Source: Octopus sinensis
Taxonomy: Eukaryota
Direction: 5' to 3'
NCBI RefSeq assembly: GCF_006345805.1
Contig: NC_043011.1
Span: 67,282,464-67,346,463 of the forward strand
Length of the DNA: 64,000 nucleotides
Positions 41,661 to 54,175 of the stretch are shown in pieces. Each line of letters starts with the position of its first letter. The stretch's first letter is position 1. The translations under genes were made by a program, and so were the position numbers. Under the pieces are notes generated by a model, which did not search any database, was not told the origin of the DNA, and saw nothing but the letters and a program-made list of their open reading frames with translations.

Positions 41661-41888
41661 CTTTTACTTGTTTCAGTCACTTGACTGCGGCCATGCTGGA
41701 GCACCACCTTTAGTCGAGCAAATCGACCATAGGACTTATTTTCTGTAAGACTAGTACTTATTCTATCGGTCTCTTTTGCCGAACCACTAAGTTACAGGGA
41801 CCTAAACACACCAGCATCAGTTGTCAAGCGATGTTAGGGGGACAAACACAGACACACAAACATATACACACATACATACATACATACA

Positions 41889-41924
<36 letters not shown>

Positions 41925-41926
41925 TA

Positions 41927-41976
<50 letters not shown>

Positions 41977-42147
41977 GACGGGCTCTTCTCAGTTTCTGTC
42001 TACCAAATTCACTCACAAGGCTTTGGTCGGCCCGAGGTTATAGTAGAAGACACTTACCCAAGGTGCCACGCAGTGGGACTGAACCAGTGGGACTGGACCG
42101 GAGCCATGTGGTTGGTAAGAAGCTACTTACCACACAGCCACTCCTGT
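41661..42147 (-). mobile_element. tRNA-derived SINE family B with internal (TA)/(CATA) microsatellite
   Basis: Head GTGGCTGTGTGGTAAGTAG..., tail ...GCATGGCCGCAGTCAAGTGACTGAAAC; further copies or parts at about 11209-11462(+), 13283-13443(-), 18915-19295(-), 21060-21263(+), 27497-28035(+), 31130-31335(-), 32170-32590(-), 33836-33940(-), 44036-44418(-), 60700-61052(+). Confidence 0.9.
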
Positions 42148-42584
42148 GCTTGTAAAATTTGTTTTCCATTCCATATCGTGGGCCTTTTATCTTAAACGTT
42201 CGATTTGAGATAGAGTGCTTTCAGTTATGCTTCACTAAATATTAAAGCTATTTAGCATCAGGGCTTTGTGCCAAAGCAGCATGATGCATTATTAACCAGA
42301 TTCTTTAATGCATCCACTTAAATTCTTTACTGTTGGAAATTGAAATGCGAAGAGCTAAAATCTTAATTTAGTGTAATATTTCATTGACGGTGTATTAGAT
42401 AAGGTTGTAACGTAAATTCTGGATGGTTTTAAATACAAAACTGAGCTAATTATAGGTCTGCATTGAATAATGTTCGCTAGAATTGCATTGACAGGTTGAG
42501 ATAGAAAGAAAGCTAGTGGGAGAGAGAGAGAGAGAGAGAGAGAGACAGGTATATTTGTACAAGCATAATACACATATGTACATA

Positions 42585-42621
<37 letters not shown>

Positions 42622-42647
42622 ACACACAGACACATATGTGCACATGT

Positions 42648-42957
42648 GGAGGCGCAATGTCCCAGTGGTTAGGGCAGCGAACTCGCGGTCGTAGGATCGC
42701 GGTTTCGATTCCCAGAGCGGGTGTTGTGAGTGTTTATTAAGCGAAAACGCCTAAATCCCCACGAGGCTCCGGCAGGGCGGGTGGCGATCCCTGCTGTACT
42801 CTTTCGCCGCAACTTTCTCTCACTCTTTCTTCTGGTGGTCTGCTCGCTTAGCCAGCGGTGTGACGTCATATGAAGGCTAAAACAATGCGAAGCGCATTGT
42901 GACCAGCGATGGGTAGGAACATCTGATAGCTTGGTTGGTCACGTGATCACGCGATAT
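42648..42957 (+). mobile_element. tRNA-derived SINE family C
   Basis: GGAGGCGCAATG...AGTGGTTAGGG A-box and GGTTTCGATTCC B-box; second copy at about 15105-15370 on the minus strand. Confidence 0.8.
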
Positions 42958-43046
42958 ATACGCACATATATTTGCATGTATCTATGTGTAATTAAATATA
43001 TGAACACGTACACACAGACAAACAGATACACACATACATATCTATA

Positions 43047-43084
<38 letters not shown>

Positions 43085-43600
43085 TATATACATATATATA
43101 TATATATATGGCAAATACACACACTCAGATGTACACCCACTTACGCACACGTATATGGATTTGTGTGTGTTTTTGTGTGTGTGCTTGTGTTTGAGTGTGT
43201 GCATGTGTGTGCTTGCGTGTGTACACACACGTACACAAGAACACTTGGGCTTGCTACGCTCACTTTATCTTTCCTCCTCCAAAATATGGCTTAATCACTT
43301 GATGCCATGACAGCAATTAACACTTCTTTTTAGTTTTGGCACAAGGTTCATTCTAAGGGGAAGAAGGAAATTCAGTTTTATAGACGCCACTCCTTTGCTA
43401 ATATTTTATCGTGTCGAGTCTAAAAGAAGCATGTCAAAGTTGACCCCTGCGTTATTTGGGATTATAACCTAAGGCGTGGGAAGAAGTACTCCTTAACATC
43501 TTGGCCGACGCTGGAGCGATTCTGTCAGTTTGAAATATCAATTATTACACAAATGATAATAAATGACGAAATAATTATAAGAAAAAGAAAAAATACCTGT

Positions 43601-43606
43601 TTTATT
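43601..43606 (-). terminator. Candidate polyadenylation signal AATAAA of the secreted peptide gene
   Basis: AATAAA 12 nt downstream of the stop, followed by T-rich sequence; an overlapping alternative is a 3' UTR donor CAG|GTATTT at 43597/43596. Confidence 0.5.
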
Positions 43607-43618
43607 TAGAATATTGCT

Positions 43619-43712
43619 TTAGCAATTATTCTTATGGCGATTGACCATCACGTTATAACACTCAGTATTTGCCTTTAAATCTTCACAATCATTTTTCATC
43701 ATTTTCAAGAGC
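43619..43712 (-). CDS. Exon 3 (coding part) of the secreted peptide gene; (R)LLKMMKNDCEDLKANTECYNVMVNRHKNNC*
   Basis: Strong acceptor CTTTTTCTTCTCTTTTAG| (AG at 43714-43713); 94 nt to TAA, open in the phase-2 frame dictated by exon 2; supplies three Cys that bring the mature total to six; AATAAA 12 nt after the stop. Confidence 0.85.
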
Positions 43713-45061
43713 CTAAAAGAGAAGAAAAAGATATTTTAAGCAAATTAATTTCAACAGCGATACTCTCAACCACTTCACTGCACTCCTGTCCAGCCCCAGT
43801 CGAAATTTTCCCTCATTTTCCTAATTCATAAACGTCTACCTCGCCAACTCACTCCTTCTTTCCTGCATCCACCGTTCCCTTACACATTCTTTACTAGATT
43901 TTATCTTTTCTATCTCTCCCTCTCTCTTTCTCTCCACCCTTCACTCTTTCCTCCTCCCCTTTATCTCTCTCCCTTTCTCTCTCTCTCTATCTATGTCCTT
44001 TTGTAGCATCGACTGCATAATTCAGTGTTTTATTCTTTTATTCCTTTATTTGTTTCAGTCATTTGACTGTGACCATGCTGGAGCACCGCCTTTAGTCGAG
44101 CAAATCGACCCCAGGACTTATTCTTTGTAAGCGTAGTACTTATTTTAACAGTCTCTCTTGCCCAACCGCTAGATGACGGGGACGTAAACGCACCAGCATC
44201 GGTTGTCAAGCGATGTTAGGGGGACAAACACAGACACACAAACATATACAAACATATATATATATATACACGACGGGCTTCTTTCAGTTTCCCTCTACCA
44301 AATCCATTCACAAAGCTTTGGTCGACCCGAGGCTATAGTAGAAGACAATTGCCCAAGGTGCCACGCAGTGGGACTGAACCCAAAACTATGTGGCTGGTAA
44401 GCAAGTTACTTACCACACAGGAAAATGAAATCTTGTATAATTATTTTGTATTCTTTTACTTGTTTCACTCACTAAACTGTGGCCAGGTTACAGAAGAAGA
44501 CCGGAGTGGTACTGAACCTTGGAAACATGTGGTTAAGAAATATGCTTCTTGCCACACAGCCATGCCTAGACCTTTTTAGAAACCACTCTCCATATGATCC
44601 CTGCGGTCCATATAAGATTTCGTATTTCCTAGTAAGAAAAATAGTAAATTGGAAATACACGAGGGTAGTATTTTAAGGATTTGTGATTTTTTTTTTTTTT
44701 TGCTTTAGATGAATTCAATGCAAGAAACAACCAGGCTTCTGTCTGTCTGACATTTTACACAGTTTGACTTACTTCTGGCCATTAAAACATGATCTCTCAG
44801 AGACTGCTATCTCAAACTTGCATAAATTAACACACGAAAATCAAAAGAGGAACCTTGAATGAAGTAGCTATAGAGCTAATTTTCAATTAATGAATGGCTT
44901 TTGGGGGCCACCAATATAAAATAGTAATCAAAGGGGTCCGTAGACACAAAAAAAATTGTCGGAAACCACTAATTTAACTGGTTGAATATGTGTCTATAAT
45001 GGAAGGCAAGGTTTACGATATCGGGAGAATATCGCTTTCTCGCATCATATCTTGTTCTTCG

Positions 45062-45473
45062 TGTAGCTGAGGCTCCGGCGGGCGAAGAAAGAAGTCTTTA
45101 AGTACAAATGCAATTTACAACCGGTTTAATTACAAGTTTCATAGAACAGGTGAAGTACGTTGCTCTCAGCAACCATCTCAAGCTGTGTGCGTGGTGTTGT
45201 ATCTCCATTAGTGCGGGCACATTACCTCTGGAGGTACAACATGCAGACAGGCCCAGCCACTGAAGTGTGCTCAGCAAGCGCTGCTGTGAAGAAGCGGAAA
45301 GAGAAAGTGAATCTGTTTCTGTTTCGCCCTTATAAACAGTTTGCCATCGCAATCCTCGTTTTGATCTCGCACATGGCAAATGGATGCAGGTGAGGTCTCG
45401 CTCCAGTCTCGGAGATGGTAATTGCTGCCGCAAGATCTCATCCAATATGGCACTGACTGCTTGTGCCGCTACA
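45062..45473 (-). mobile_element. Candidate solo LTR in intron 2 of the peptide gene
   Basis: 412 bp bounded by TGTAGC...GCTACA; internal TTTATAAG and ATTAAA on the minus strand; flanks do not form a matching TSD. Confidence 0.45.
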
Positions 45474-46086
45474 TGTCTCTACGACCATGCGTTCCCTTTG
45501 ATTGCCTTTCGTTGCTTTCACTCAGTGTGTGTATATATATGTTAACGTGTTCGATATGTTGTCCGTGTATGTTATATTCTTTGTGAGTATATCACCTGAA
45601 TGAACTGCGGATCAGTAGGGCCACTTGAGAGTTTTTATGTTTTTATTCTTTTCTTTTTTGTCAACACCAAAACTTACTTTCAATTGCTCTTCTATTTTAA
45701 GTAATATTCTATCCGCAAGATTACAATGAGAAAAAGAAACCAACACTTCTTTTCAAGGGATGGGGTTGTGGGGTTGGAGAAAGGAACAGACTTCATGGTA
45801 ATTACTGGGGTTGATAGGTTCGACTAAACATCTTCAATGCGTCCTTCTTGCTGGGACGCAGTTTAATGACCGAAAAACAAATGAGAGATAAAAGATTGAA
45901 GAGAGAACTGCTTAGATTTCAAGAACAAACAAAGGCAAATAAAATATTCTTTGATTTCTATTCGTTTCGTTTCTTTCAATCGTTCTTCATTCCGCATTGT
46001 TTAACACAAAACTCAACAATACTTCAACACGGTTTCGTATCTTCTATTTTTGGCACTGCCATATTTTCCAGGGGAAATCGCGCGCG

Positions 46087-46118
<32 letters not shown>

Positions 46119-46717
46119 GCGTACACACATACAAACGCACGCACACACATACACACAAATGCACATACACACAAACACCTAAACACACATGCACACACAC
46201 ACAGATGCAAGCACCATATCCATACGTATGCATACATATATAAACGTTTGCATACATACACACATACACATCTATATAGAGAATGCAGAAGACTCATTTA
46301 TCTGATCCCTCGCATTGTCTTTCTATCTGTCTGTTTCTCTCTCTCTCTCTCTATGTCTCACGCACGCACGCACTCTCTCTCCCTCGATTTTTCTCTTTTC
46401 CTCTCTCTCTCTGACTTTCACCATCTCTCTTTCTCTTTTCCTTTCAGTTTCTCCTTATATATAGAAAGTGTCTGGTACATACATTACATACATTTATGTA
46501 AGGCGGCGCGCTGGCAGAATTGTTAGCACGCCGGCCGAAATGTATAGCGGAATTTCGACCGTCGATATGTTCTGAGTTCAAATTCCGCCGAGGTCGACTT
46601 CGTTTTTTATCCTTTCAGGGTAGATAAATTAAGTAGCAGGTGCATACTGGGGTCGATCTAATTGACAGCACCACCTCCCCAAAATTTCTGGCCTTGTGCC
46701 GATAGTTCAAAGGATTA

Positions 46718-46930
46718 TACGAGGTCTGATCAATAAGTATTCGAACTGTTGCCATAGTAACAAAGCTAAAGCACGCGGGTTAAGCCGTTTGGCAATGACT
46801 GATCTTGAATTCTGCTGTGCATGCGCACTAAGTTTTAATGTTCTAGCTCACTTCCTCTGTTTACAGCAATGCTTGGAAGGAAGGTGTGTAGCGTGTGATC
46901 GTCGCATGGACCATGAGAGAGAAAGCTGTC
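46718..46930 (+). mobile_element. Mariner-type transposon 5' end (TIR + leader up to transposase start)
   Basis: TA followed by CGAGGTCTGATCAATAAGT terminus; homologous to 41465-41655, which reads into a TVEQRI.IK-like transposase N-terminus. Confidence 0.7.
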
Positions 46931-47903
46931 ATTTCTTATTCCTTCTTTCTTTTTTGCCCACAGTAGGCTAAACATATATGGGACAAACAATGACAGACAG
47001 AGGGATTAAGTCGATTGGTACTTAATTTATCGACCCGAAAAGATGAAAGGCAAAGTCGACCTCGGCGGGATTTGAATTCAGAACGTAATGACAGACGAAA
47101 TACCGCTCAGCATTTCGCCCGGCGTGCTAACGTTTCTGCCATCTGGTGACTTATCAGGATGTGCAGATTGTTTGTAGTTCAGTTCAATCCATTATAATGA
47201 AGATTTGAGCGTAAGGATGAAGTAAGGATGGTCATCTTCACTGCAAGATCTCAAGTTTAGCCAGATTTACTTTAGATGGGTTGGTACGTATCTTGTTGCT
47301 TCAATGATAGTTCTTATGAGGTTAAGCGTGCACACTGAGTATTGAATCTATAAACTCCCAGGGTCACTAGGTATCAGCTTTCTCTTGCATTCATCTGACC
47401 ACATTGTCTTGAGAAGGCAGCTGACTTTAGCAACAGAACATATTCCTCACTTGTGGTCCCGCACAATAAATCCTGGACGGTTATATTTTAACTTTCAAAT
47501 TCTCCCAGTCTCATCTGGCCCCTGCGCCATCCCCAAAATAATTTCTGGAAAACATTCCACAAGCAGTTAGCAACAACGTGTTCATGTCTTTTCTCTTGCT
47601 CATGTAAAGCCTACGTTTGTTTTCTGTCAGCATTTTCTCTCTTTCTCTTATGGTGTACGAACTTGGCAGGGATCTCCTGTGTATATATGTATGTATGTAT
47701 GTATGCATGCATGCATGCATGCATGCAGGGAGGGATGGAGAGATGGATGGATGGATGGATGGTTAGATGGATAGCTGATCCCTTTCTAGACATAGTAGTG
47801 TGTCTAATTGCTGGTGCAGATCGGGATTAATGAATTATTTATGCATGGTATTTTGTGAACGATTCAAAGAAACACAAAAAAAAAATAGCAGTAACTGAAG
47901 ATT

Positions 47904-47904
<1 letters not shown>

Positions 47905-47946
<42 letters not shown>

Positions 47947-47977
47947 GGTGGTGGTGGTGGTGGTGGTAGTAGTAGTG

Positions 47978-48014
<37 letters not shown>

Positions 48015-48086
48015 TGGTAGTGGTAGTAGTGGTAGTGGTAGTGGTAGTGGTAGTAGCAGTAGTAGTAGTAGTAGTAGTAGTAGTAA

Positions 48087-48117
<31 letters not shown>

Positions 48118-48157
48118 GGTGGTGGTGGTGGTGGTGGTGGTGGTAGTGGTAGTAGTA

Positions 48158-48197
<40 letters not shown>

Positions 48198-48256
48198 TGG
48201 TAGTAGTGGTAGTGGTAGTAGCAGTAGTAATAGTAGTAGTAGTAGTAGTAGTAGTT
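47905..48256. repeat. Compound (GTA)n/(GTG)n microsatellite starting 9 nt into intron 2 of the peptide gene
   Basis: Direct inspection. Confidence 0.97.
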
Positions 48257-48265
48257 TACACTTAC

Positions 48266-48359
48266 CTGCAGGAGTCTGAATTGCCTTTGATAGGTCCGAC
48301 TTGGCTGACTTGAGATGCGCACAAGTTATGAGCCTTAGTGACACAAGCGGCCTCGTCAA
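48266..48359 (-). CDS. Exon 2 of the secreted peptide gene; (V)DEAACVTKAHNLCASQVSQVGPIKGNSDSC + 2 nt
   Basis: Acceptor TTCTTATTTATGTCAG| (AG at 48361-48360), donor CAG|GTAAGT (GT at 48265-48264); 94 nt, phase 1 in, phase 2 out; open in the frame dictated by exon 1. Confidence 0.88.
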
Positions 48360-48588
48360 CTGACATAAATAAGAAGTCATGCTTTAATATTTCTGACACC
48401 AATAGCATGCATTTGTATTATTTGTCTTAAGAGTTATGACGTATCCGTATAAATGAAGCCCATCATACATGTGAGTGCTTGTGTCTGTGTGAGTGAGTGT
48501 CTGTCTGTGTCTATGTGTTTGTGCGTGTGCCTGTGTAAATGTATGAATATACATGCATATATGGATACATGCATATATGGATACATGC

Positions 48589-48629
<41 letters not shown>

Positions 48630-48924
48630 AGGACCTAAAATACTGGAGAATCACTATACAATACGTGGAAAAATTATGAAGTGAAAATATTTGGAAAACA
48701 TAAAAAGTGGAAGAGAAATGCCTTCATTTTGCATAGTTTAATATCTTTTTCTAGAAAGATTTTTTTTTTATATATACATATTTTATGGATGGTAAGAGTC
48801 TCATACAAGGTAATGATATCCAACCGGTTTTCGCTATTTAAATTAGCTTTTCAAGGGACATTGAGAAATAATCATTCCTTGAGACAAAGGAGTCTCGGCA
48901 TTTTGGATTACTTGAAAAGTAAGA

Positions 48925-48963
<39 letters not shown>

Positions 48964-49746
48964 TGTGTGCGCGTGTGTGTGTGTGTGTGTGTGTGTGTTT
49001 ATGTATTAGGCAAGGTATAAATAATAGTCATCACATATTTTTCATTTATTGGAATGAATTTGGCTTTCAGATGTTTCCAGTGGTTACTGCTTCCTTACTG
49101 ACAGATTTCGCAATTAGTCTATTGATCAGATGAAAAAAGTGGAACGGCCTATGCTCCAATGAAGGGGAGACAAGCATACACATATACACAAAAGGAGACG
49201 GAAACACATGAAGACACGTATGGAGACACGCCTCTATACATACCAGAGGCATAACACACCCCTCAATATATACACACTCAAACGCATACACACAAGGAGA
49301 CAGATGTATACATACAAGTACACACACTCTCACACACATACATACAAACGCACAAACACGCACACACACGTACAAGACTATACAGAATACATAATACATA
49401 CATAAATACATACATGTGTAGACACATGCATACATACATATCTGCATACACACACACATTCATATAGAAACAAGCACAGATTTACGCTGACGCGCACACA
49501 TGCGCACAAAAAGACAGAAAGAACGCAGCTACAATAAAAGGCAGGGTCAACATCCATTGACAAGATTGCAAAAGCAGCGAAAATTGTAGAAGAGAAAATA
49601 CAAAGAATAAATGAGTGGAAATCGAACCAGTGAGTGTGTTAGATAATAAGGCATTAAGACTATACGTCTCTACCCAGACACCGCAAAATTTGCTTCAGCA
49701 CACGAATTCACATAAATAATCTTGCAAACTAGATACAAACACGAAT

Positions 49747-49801
<55 letters not shown>

Positions 49802-49806
<5 letters not shown>

Positions 49807-50032
49807 TTAGAGGAAACATCTGTTAAACAATTTAATCGTGAAAGACATTATTCACACCATATAGAAAAAAGTCAAATATACTTCAGAAAAGATTATACTA
49901 AAAATCAATAGAGTACATAAACAATAAACAGTAAATAGACAACGCGCGTTCCGTGGCTATATTTTCACATAGATAATAATAACGTCTTTTACTAGTGAAT
50001 TGTTTAATCGAGGTTTTTCTCTAAATTTTGTA
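49802..50032. mobile_element. Degenerate MITE with about 55-bp TIRs
   Basis: AAAATTTAGAGGAAAC...GAAAGACATTATT pairs imperfectly with AATAACGTCTTT...TTTCTCTAAATTTT. Confidence 0.5.
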
Positions 50033-50112
50033 CATATATTATATATTTTGAAATTTGATTTAGAATTGCTAAATTGAATTTTTCCGTGTAAGTTTGGAAT
50101 TATATTCCCTAG

Positions 50113-50162
<50 letters not shown>

Positions 50163-50179
50163 TATATATAAGTGTGTGT

Positions 50180-50900
50180 TTGTGTATACTTTCATTCCTG
50201 GTCTGAGTACCTGGGTACGCTATCGAAAGTTTTCTCTAAGTTCCAGAACACAAAAATTAATGATCTTCTCTGCTCTTGAGCCTTTTCTTGAAGAAGGCAG
50301 GAGTAAATTATCATATCGATGGTACGACAAGTGCATCAGAAACTGCGCTGCAGGAACTTTGCCAGTAACGACCACTGATCTGTCTTTCGCTCGATAACCG
50401 TGAGGCAGAAGCTTCAAAGATATGGTGCTTTCAATGCCTTCATGCGCTTTAAAGGCTTTTAAAACTCGAGTAGTTTAGCGGGAGTGACATCCAGTGTTGG
50501 ATCTGGTATTAGGGGAGATTTCAGAACGGGTCAACCACCTTGGTAGATGACCGGTTGAGAAGTGTCTGAAAGTGTTCCTTCCATTGTTCAGGTGTGTTTT
50601 TATTGTGCGTAATGGAGTTTAAGCCATCGGTGAGTTTATCGTATTAGTTACGCCGCAACGGGAGGCAATGATTAGCTTTGTCGTAGTGTAGAAACAGCTA
50701 AGGTTCTTGCTGTCTGTGAACGACTGCATTACCCCCGCTGCTGCTTGCCACCAAATATTCTGGAGTTCAAGGAGTCTACGATGGCACTGCTGATTGCCCG
50801 TCCGGAAGCCTAGGAAGTTGGTGCGCTTGGGAAATTCTCCCACAGCTGGCGAGAAGGATATGCCTGTGCTTCGATCTCAGATGCTTCCAGGTGGTCTTTT
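50180..50900 (-). mobile_element. Degenerate RTE-like LINE fragment (intron 1 of the peptide gene)
   Basis: Minus strand reads EQWKEHFQTLLNR and later FD SVPR-like RT motif with stops and frameshifts. Confidence 0.55.
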
Positions 50901-51189
50901 ACCGGTTGGGATAAAAGCGGAGAATGTTAGGAACCACCAATATATTCTCAAGGCATAAGCCAGCGAGAAGCAGTCCGTTCAAGTTACAGTTCCCACATCC
51001 TGCTTTCTTAGTATTCCCGCCCAGCGGTAATAAACTCGTCCGACCCTGGCGTTGAAATCTCGCAACACGCGGCATTGGCATTTGCTTCTTCTTCACACGA
51101 CCACGATGATCCTGTTGAGATAGGAGTAGAAAGAATCCTCGATTAGATAAAGGGTAGGGACGTTATTGAAAAGGGGATGGTGGATGAAC

Positions 51190-51480
51190 ATGAGCCGTTC
51201 ATTGGTAAATGTGAGAGCCAGAATGAATATTTTCCACTAGAGAAGTCTGTCGCATAAACCATGGTTTCGCTCCTCTATAAAATGTTTTGCCTTCATTCTG
51301 ATGCCCCATAGCAGTCTTTATATCCTCAACTTGATATCCCGTGTCTTCCACAAGTTGATCGATATATGTTCTTCTTGGACTGCCAATACCCGTATGTCTG
51401 TACATAGGATTCCAGACGAACTCTCCGGAAATCGCTTCTCCAATAGTGTCAAGCATAACGTGTTTATTCTCTGTTTACCC
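51190..51480 (-). mobile_element. RTE-like LINE C-terminal fragment
   Basis: WNP...GSPRRTYIDQLVEDTG resembles the RTE C-terminal GRPxxTYIDQL motif. Confidence 0.65.
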
Positions 51481-51599
51481 AGGTGATGGAAGGAAGACTG
51501 ACATACAGTTGCTGCTTTGTAAGTTGTTGCTAATGATAAAGATGAAAAAATACATGAATCATTTCTGTGTATACAACTTCAAGCTTCCTTTCGAGCCTT

Positions 51600-51890
51600 T
51601 TGTGCATTGTCCATGCTGAAGAACCATAGAGAGTAGCGATTTCACGACTACTTTACAGAAATTCTTGGACAGATTTTCATAGTTTGAAGGATCTTCGTAG
51701 GGGACACGTACTGCTCTTTGTGGATTTCACAAAGGCGTTCGATTCTGTGTACATTGTAAATGTGACAGACATACTGCTGGCCAGCGGAGTTCCTAAAACG
51801 AGAGTGTCCTTTATGACGGTGACTTATCGGAATACTCACGCAGAAGCGCGCTCGCCGCATGAGGATGAGTGTTTAGCCTTGCTTGACTAA
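51600..51890 (+). mobile_element. RTE-like RT fragment, opposite orientation to the neighbouring RTE piece
   Basis: VLLFVDFTKAFDSV...ILLASGVP...YRNTHAEARSP. Confidence 0.7.
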
Positions 51891-52193
51891 TTTCTAAGTT
51901 TGACCATTTGTCCAATGTCGAATCGTTCGCTTCTTGGACGCAAATGACGTAATGCTCAAGTGGCTTTGAAGAGTTATGTCCAAGTTTTTTTTTTTTTTGT
52001 CTTTTATGCAATATCGACCTGAATTTCGTCATTTAAGAAGTCGGCAAAAAAAGAGGTAGACAACACACAGGGCTGTACATTAATTGCCAGTTAAGCCCCT
52101 CCCGTAAATCAATGACCTCTGGCTTTTTACCTAATGGCTTTATCTAGTTTTATAGAATAACTATTACAGGAATAGAATCGAGGAATTACTTAC

Positions 52194-52248
52194 CAGCACT
52201 TACGAAGCTGCCCAAAATTACGAGACAGAGAATGATGGCCAATTTCAT
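52194..52248 (-). CDS. Exon 1 (coding part) of a small secreted cysteine-rich peptide gene; encodes signal peptide MKLAIILCLVILGSFVSA plus 1 nt
   Basis: ATG at 52248-52246 in context CCAAGATGA; 55 nt = 18 codons + 1; basic n-region, hydrophobic core, V-S-A cleavage motif; ends at a consensus donor G|GTAAGT (52193-52188); TATAAAA about 85 nt upstream of the ATG. Confidence 0.9.
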
Positions 52249-52304
52249 CTTGGATATTTTTCTGATAGTTGAAGAAGTCGTAGAGTTATGCGGCGGTTTG
52301 ATGT

Positions 52305-52338
52305 GGGTTAATGCTGTCCGATAGACCCCGCTTTTATA
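52305..52338 (-). promoter_or_regulatory. TATA box (TATAAAA 52338-52332) and putative initiator (GCATT, A near 52312) of the secreted peptide gene
   Basis: Canonical TATAAAAG followed about 26 nt later by a CA-TT initiator-like motif and a roughly 64-nt leader before the ATG. Confidence 0.7.
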
Positions 52339-52449
52339 CTCGTAACATGAGCACCAGGTGCTAAAATGCATTGAATGCAATATAATGCATTTAATAGCTT
52401 TAGAAATGCAGTATATTGATTTCGTTCTTGACGGCATTTATTATATGAA

Positions 52450-52472
52450 ATTTAATAATAATAATGATAATC

Positions 52473-52529
<57 letters not shown>

Positions 52530-52570
52530 TAATAGTATTAATAATAACAAAAATAATAATAATAATAATA

Positions 52571-52623
<53 letters not shown>

Positions 52624-52650
52624 GTAATCATGATGATGAGGATGATGATG
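52450..52650. repeat. (AAT)n microsatellite about 115 bp upstream of the TATA box of the peptide gene
   Basis: Direct inspection. Confidence 0.97.
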
Positions 52651-52897
52651 ATTCCTTAAAATGTAACGCGATTTATTCACAATACACCTATGACTTCGTG
52701 GGATTTTGTGAACATAAAAGGGCTATAAACAGAACGACCTTGATGGAAAGCTATACATACATAGATATAGAGTTATATGCAATGTATAATACAAAACATA
52801 CAAATAGGCTGAGTGCTGATACGTACACACAAACAAACATACAAACACACGTATATACATAAGCATGCATGTATATGTGAGTGCAAGTGTGTGCATT

Positions 52898-52946
<49 letters not shown>

Positions 52947-53027
52947 TGTGTGTGCGTGTGTATGTATGTATGAATGTATTACATAACTATAAATAAGCCT
53001 AAGTGCATGTGTTTGCATGCACATATG

Positions 53028-53143
<116 letters not shown>

Positions 53144-53188
53144 CAGGCATACAGACAGACAGACAGACAGACAGACAGAAAGACAGAC

Positions 53189-53251
<63 letters not shown>

Positions 53252-54175
53252 TAGAGAGGCACACACACACTCACACTCATAAATACATCCATCCATACAT
53301 ACATATACATATACACACAGACACACACGCATACATATATTCACACAAACATACATACTTCTGTACAGAGATGTGAGAGAAATGACATAATGTTAGCAGC
53401 TGTTTGTAACAAAACATGAATGTTATCTCGGTTCTGATAGTCATTATGAATGCATATATGTGAATGTGTACGTGTACAATGCATCGTACAAAAATGCTGC
53501 ACTATACAGCAGCTATAATGTGGCACACCTAATGCAGGCACAGTGTGGTGCAAGCGTTTGCGAAAACAGATAAATACCCCATCTTTGAAATCATAGTTTT
53601 TTCATTTGAAAAGTAACGATTTCAGAAAAACCTGCTCAACAGTTGACATTTTATATAAAGATAACAATATAGAGAAAATATCGTGCTTACAAAACATAGT
53701 GTGAATAGTTTATAATACATACACAGTCACAAACACAAGCACAAACAAACAAACAAACCAACAAACACACACATACACATAGATGTATATGTCTATAGAT
53801 ACATAAATACATATAAATGGAAATACATATATTATTATATAAAAATACATGTACAGTGTATATATGTATATATGTGTATAGATAGATATATAACTTTCTT
53901 TCTTGGCCACAAAGGGCTGAACACAGAGAGGACAAATACAAATGTAGAGCTTTTCTTTTCGAAAATGAAAAAGAAAATGGGGAAAAAAGAGAAAAAAAGT
54001 AAAATTCCAATCAAAAGGATCGGGGGGGGAAGGCGATCAAAAGGGATCATGTATCACAGAAGAAGTTTTTATAATGTAAGAAGCAAGATTAGGTTTATCC
54101 ATGGAAATAAAAGCCACGGTAATCTCAGGCAGGGATGGAATAAACACATGAGAGCAAAGAGTTCTCTCTCTCTCA

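Noticed and set aside
44770-44830. GAA|GTAAGT donor as part of the peptide gene
   Set aside because: Upstream acceptors give immediate stops in the required phase.
47835-48380. Poly-Val, poly-Leu/Pro and poly-Tyr/His ORFs
   Set aside because: Translations of the (GTA)/(GTG) microsatellite; the only coding part is the 94-nt exon 48359-48266 in a different frame.
52186-52437. 83-aa ORF as a complete protein
   Set aside because: Only the last 18 codons from the internal Met are coding; the rest is promoter and 5' UTR, and the frame ends in the splice donor.
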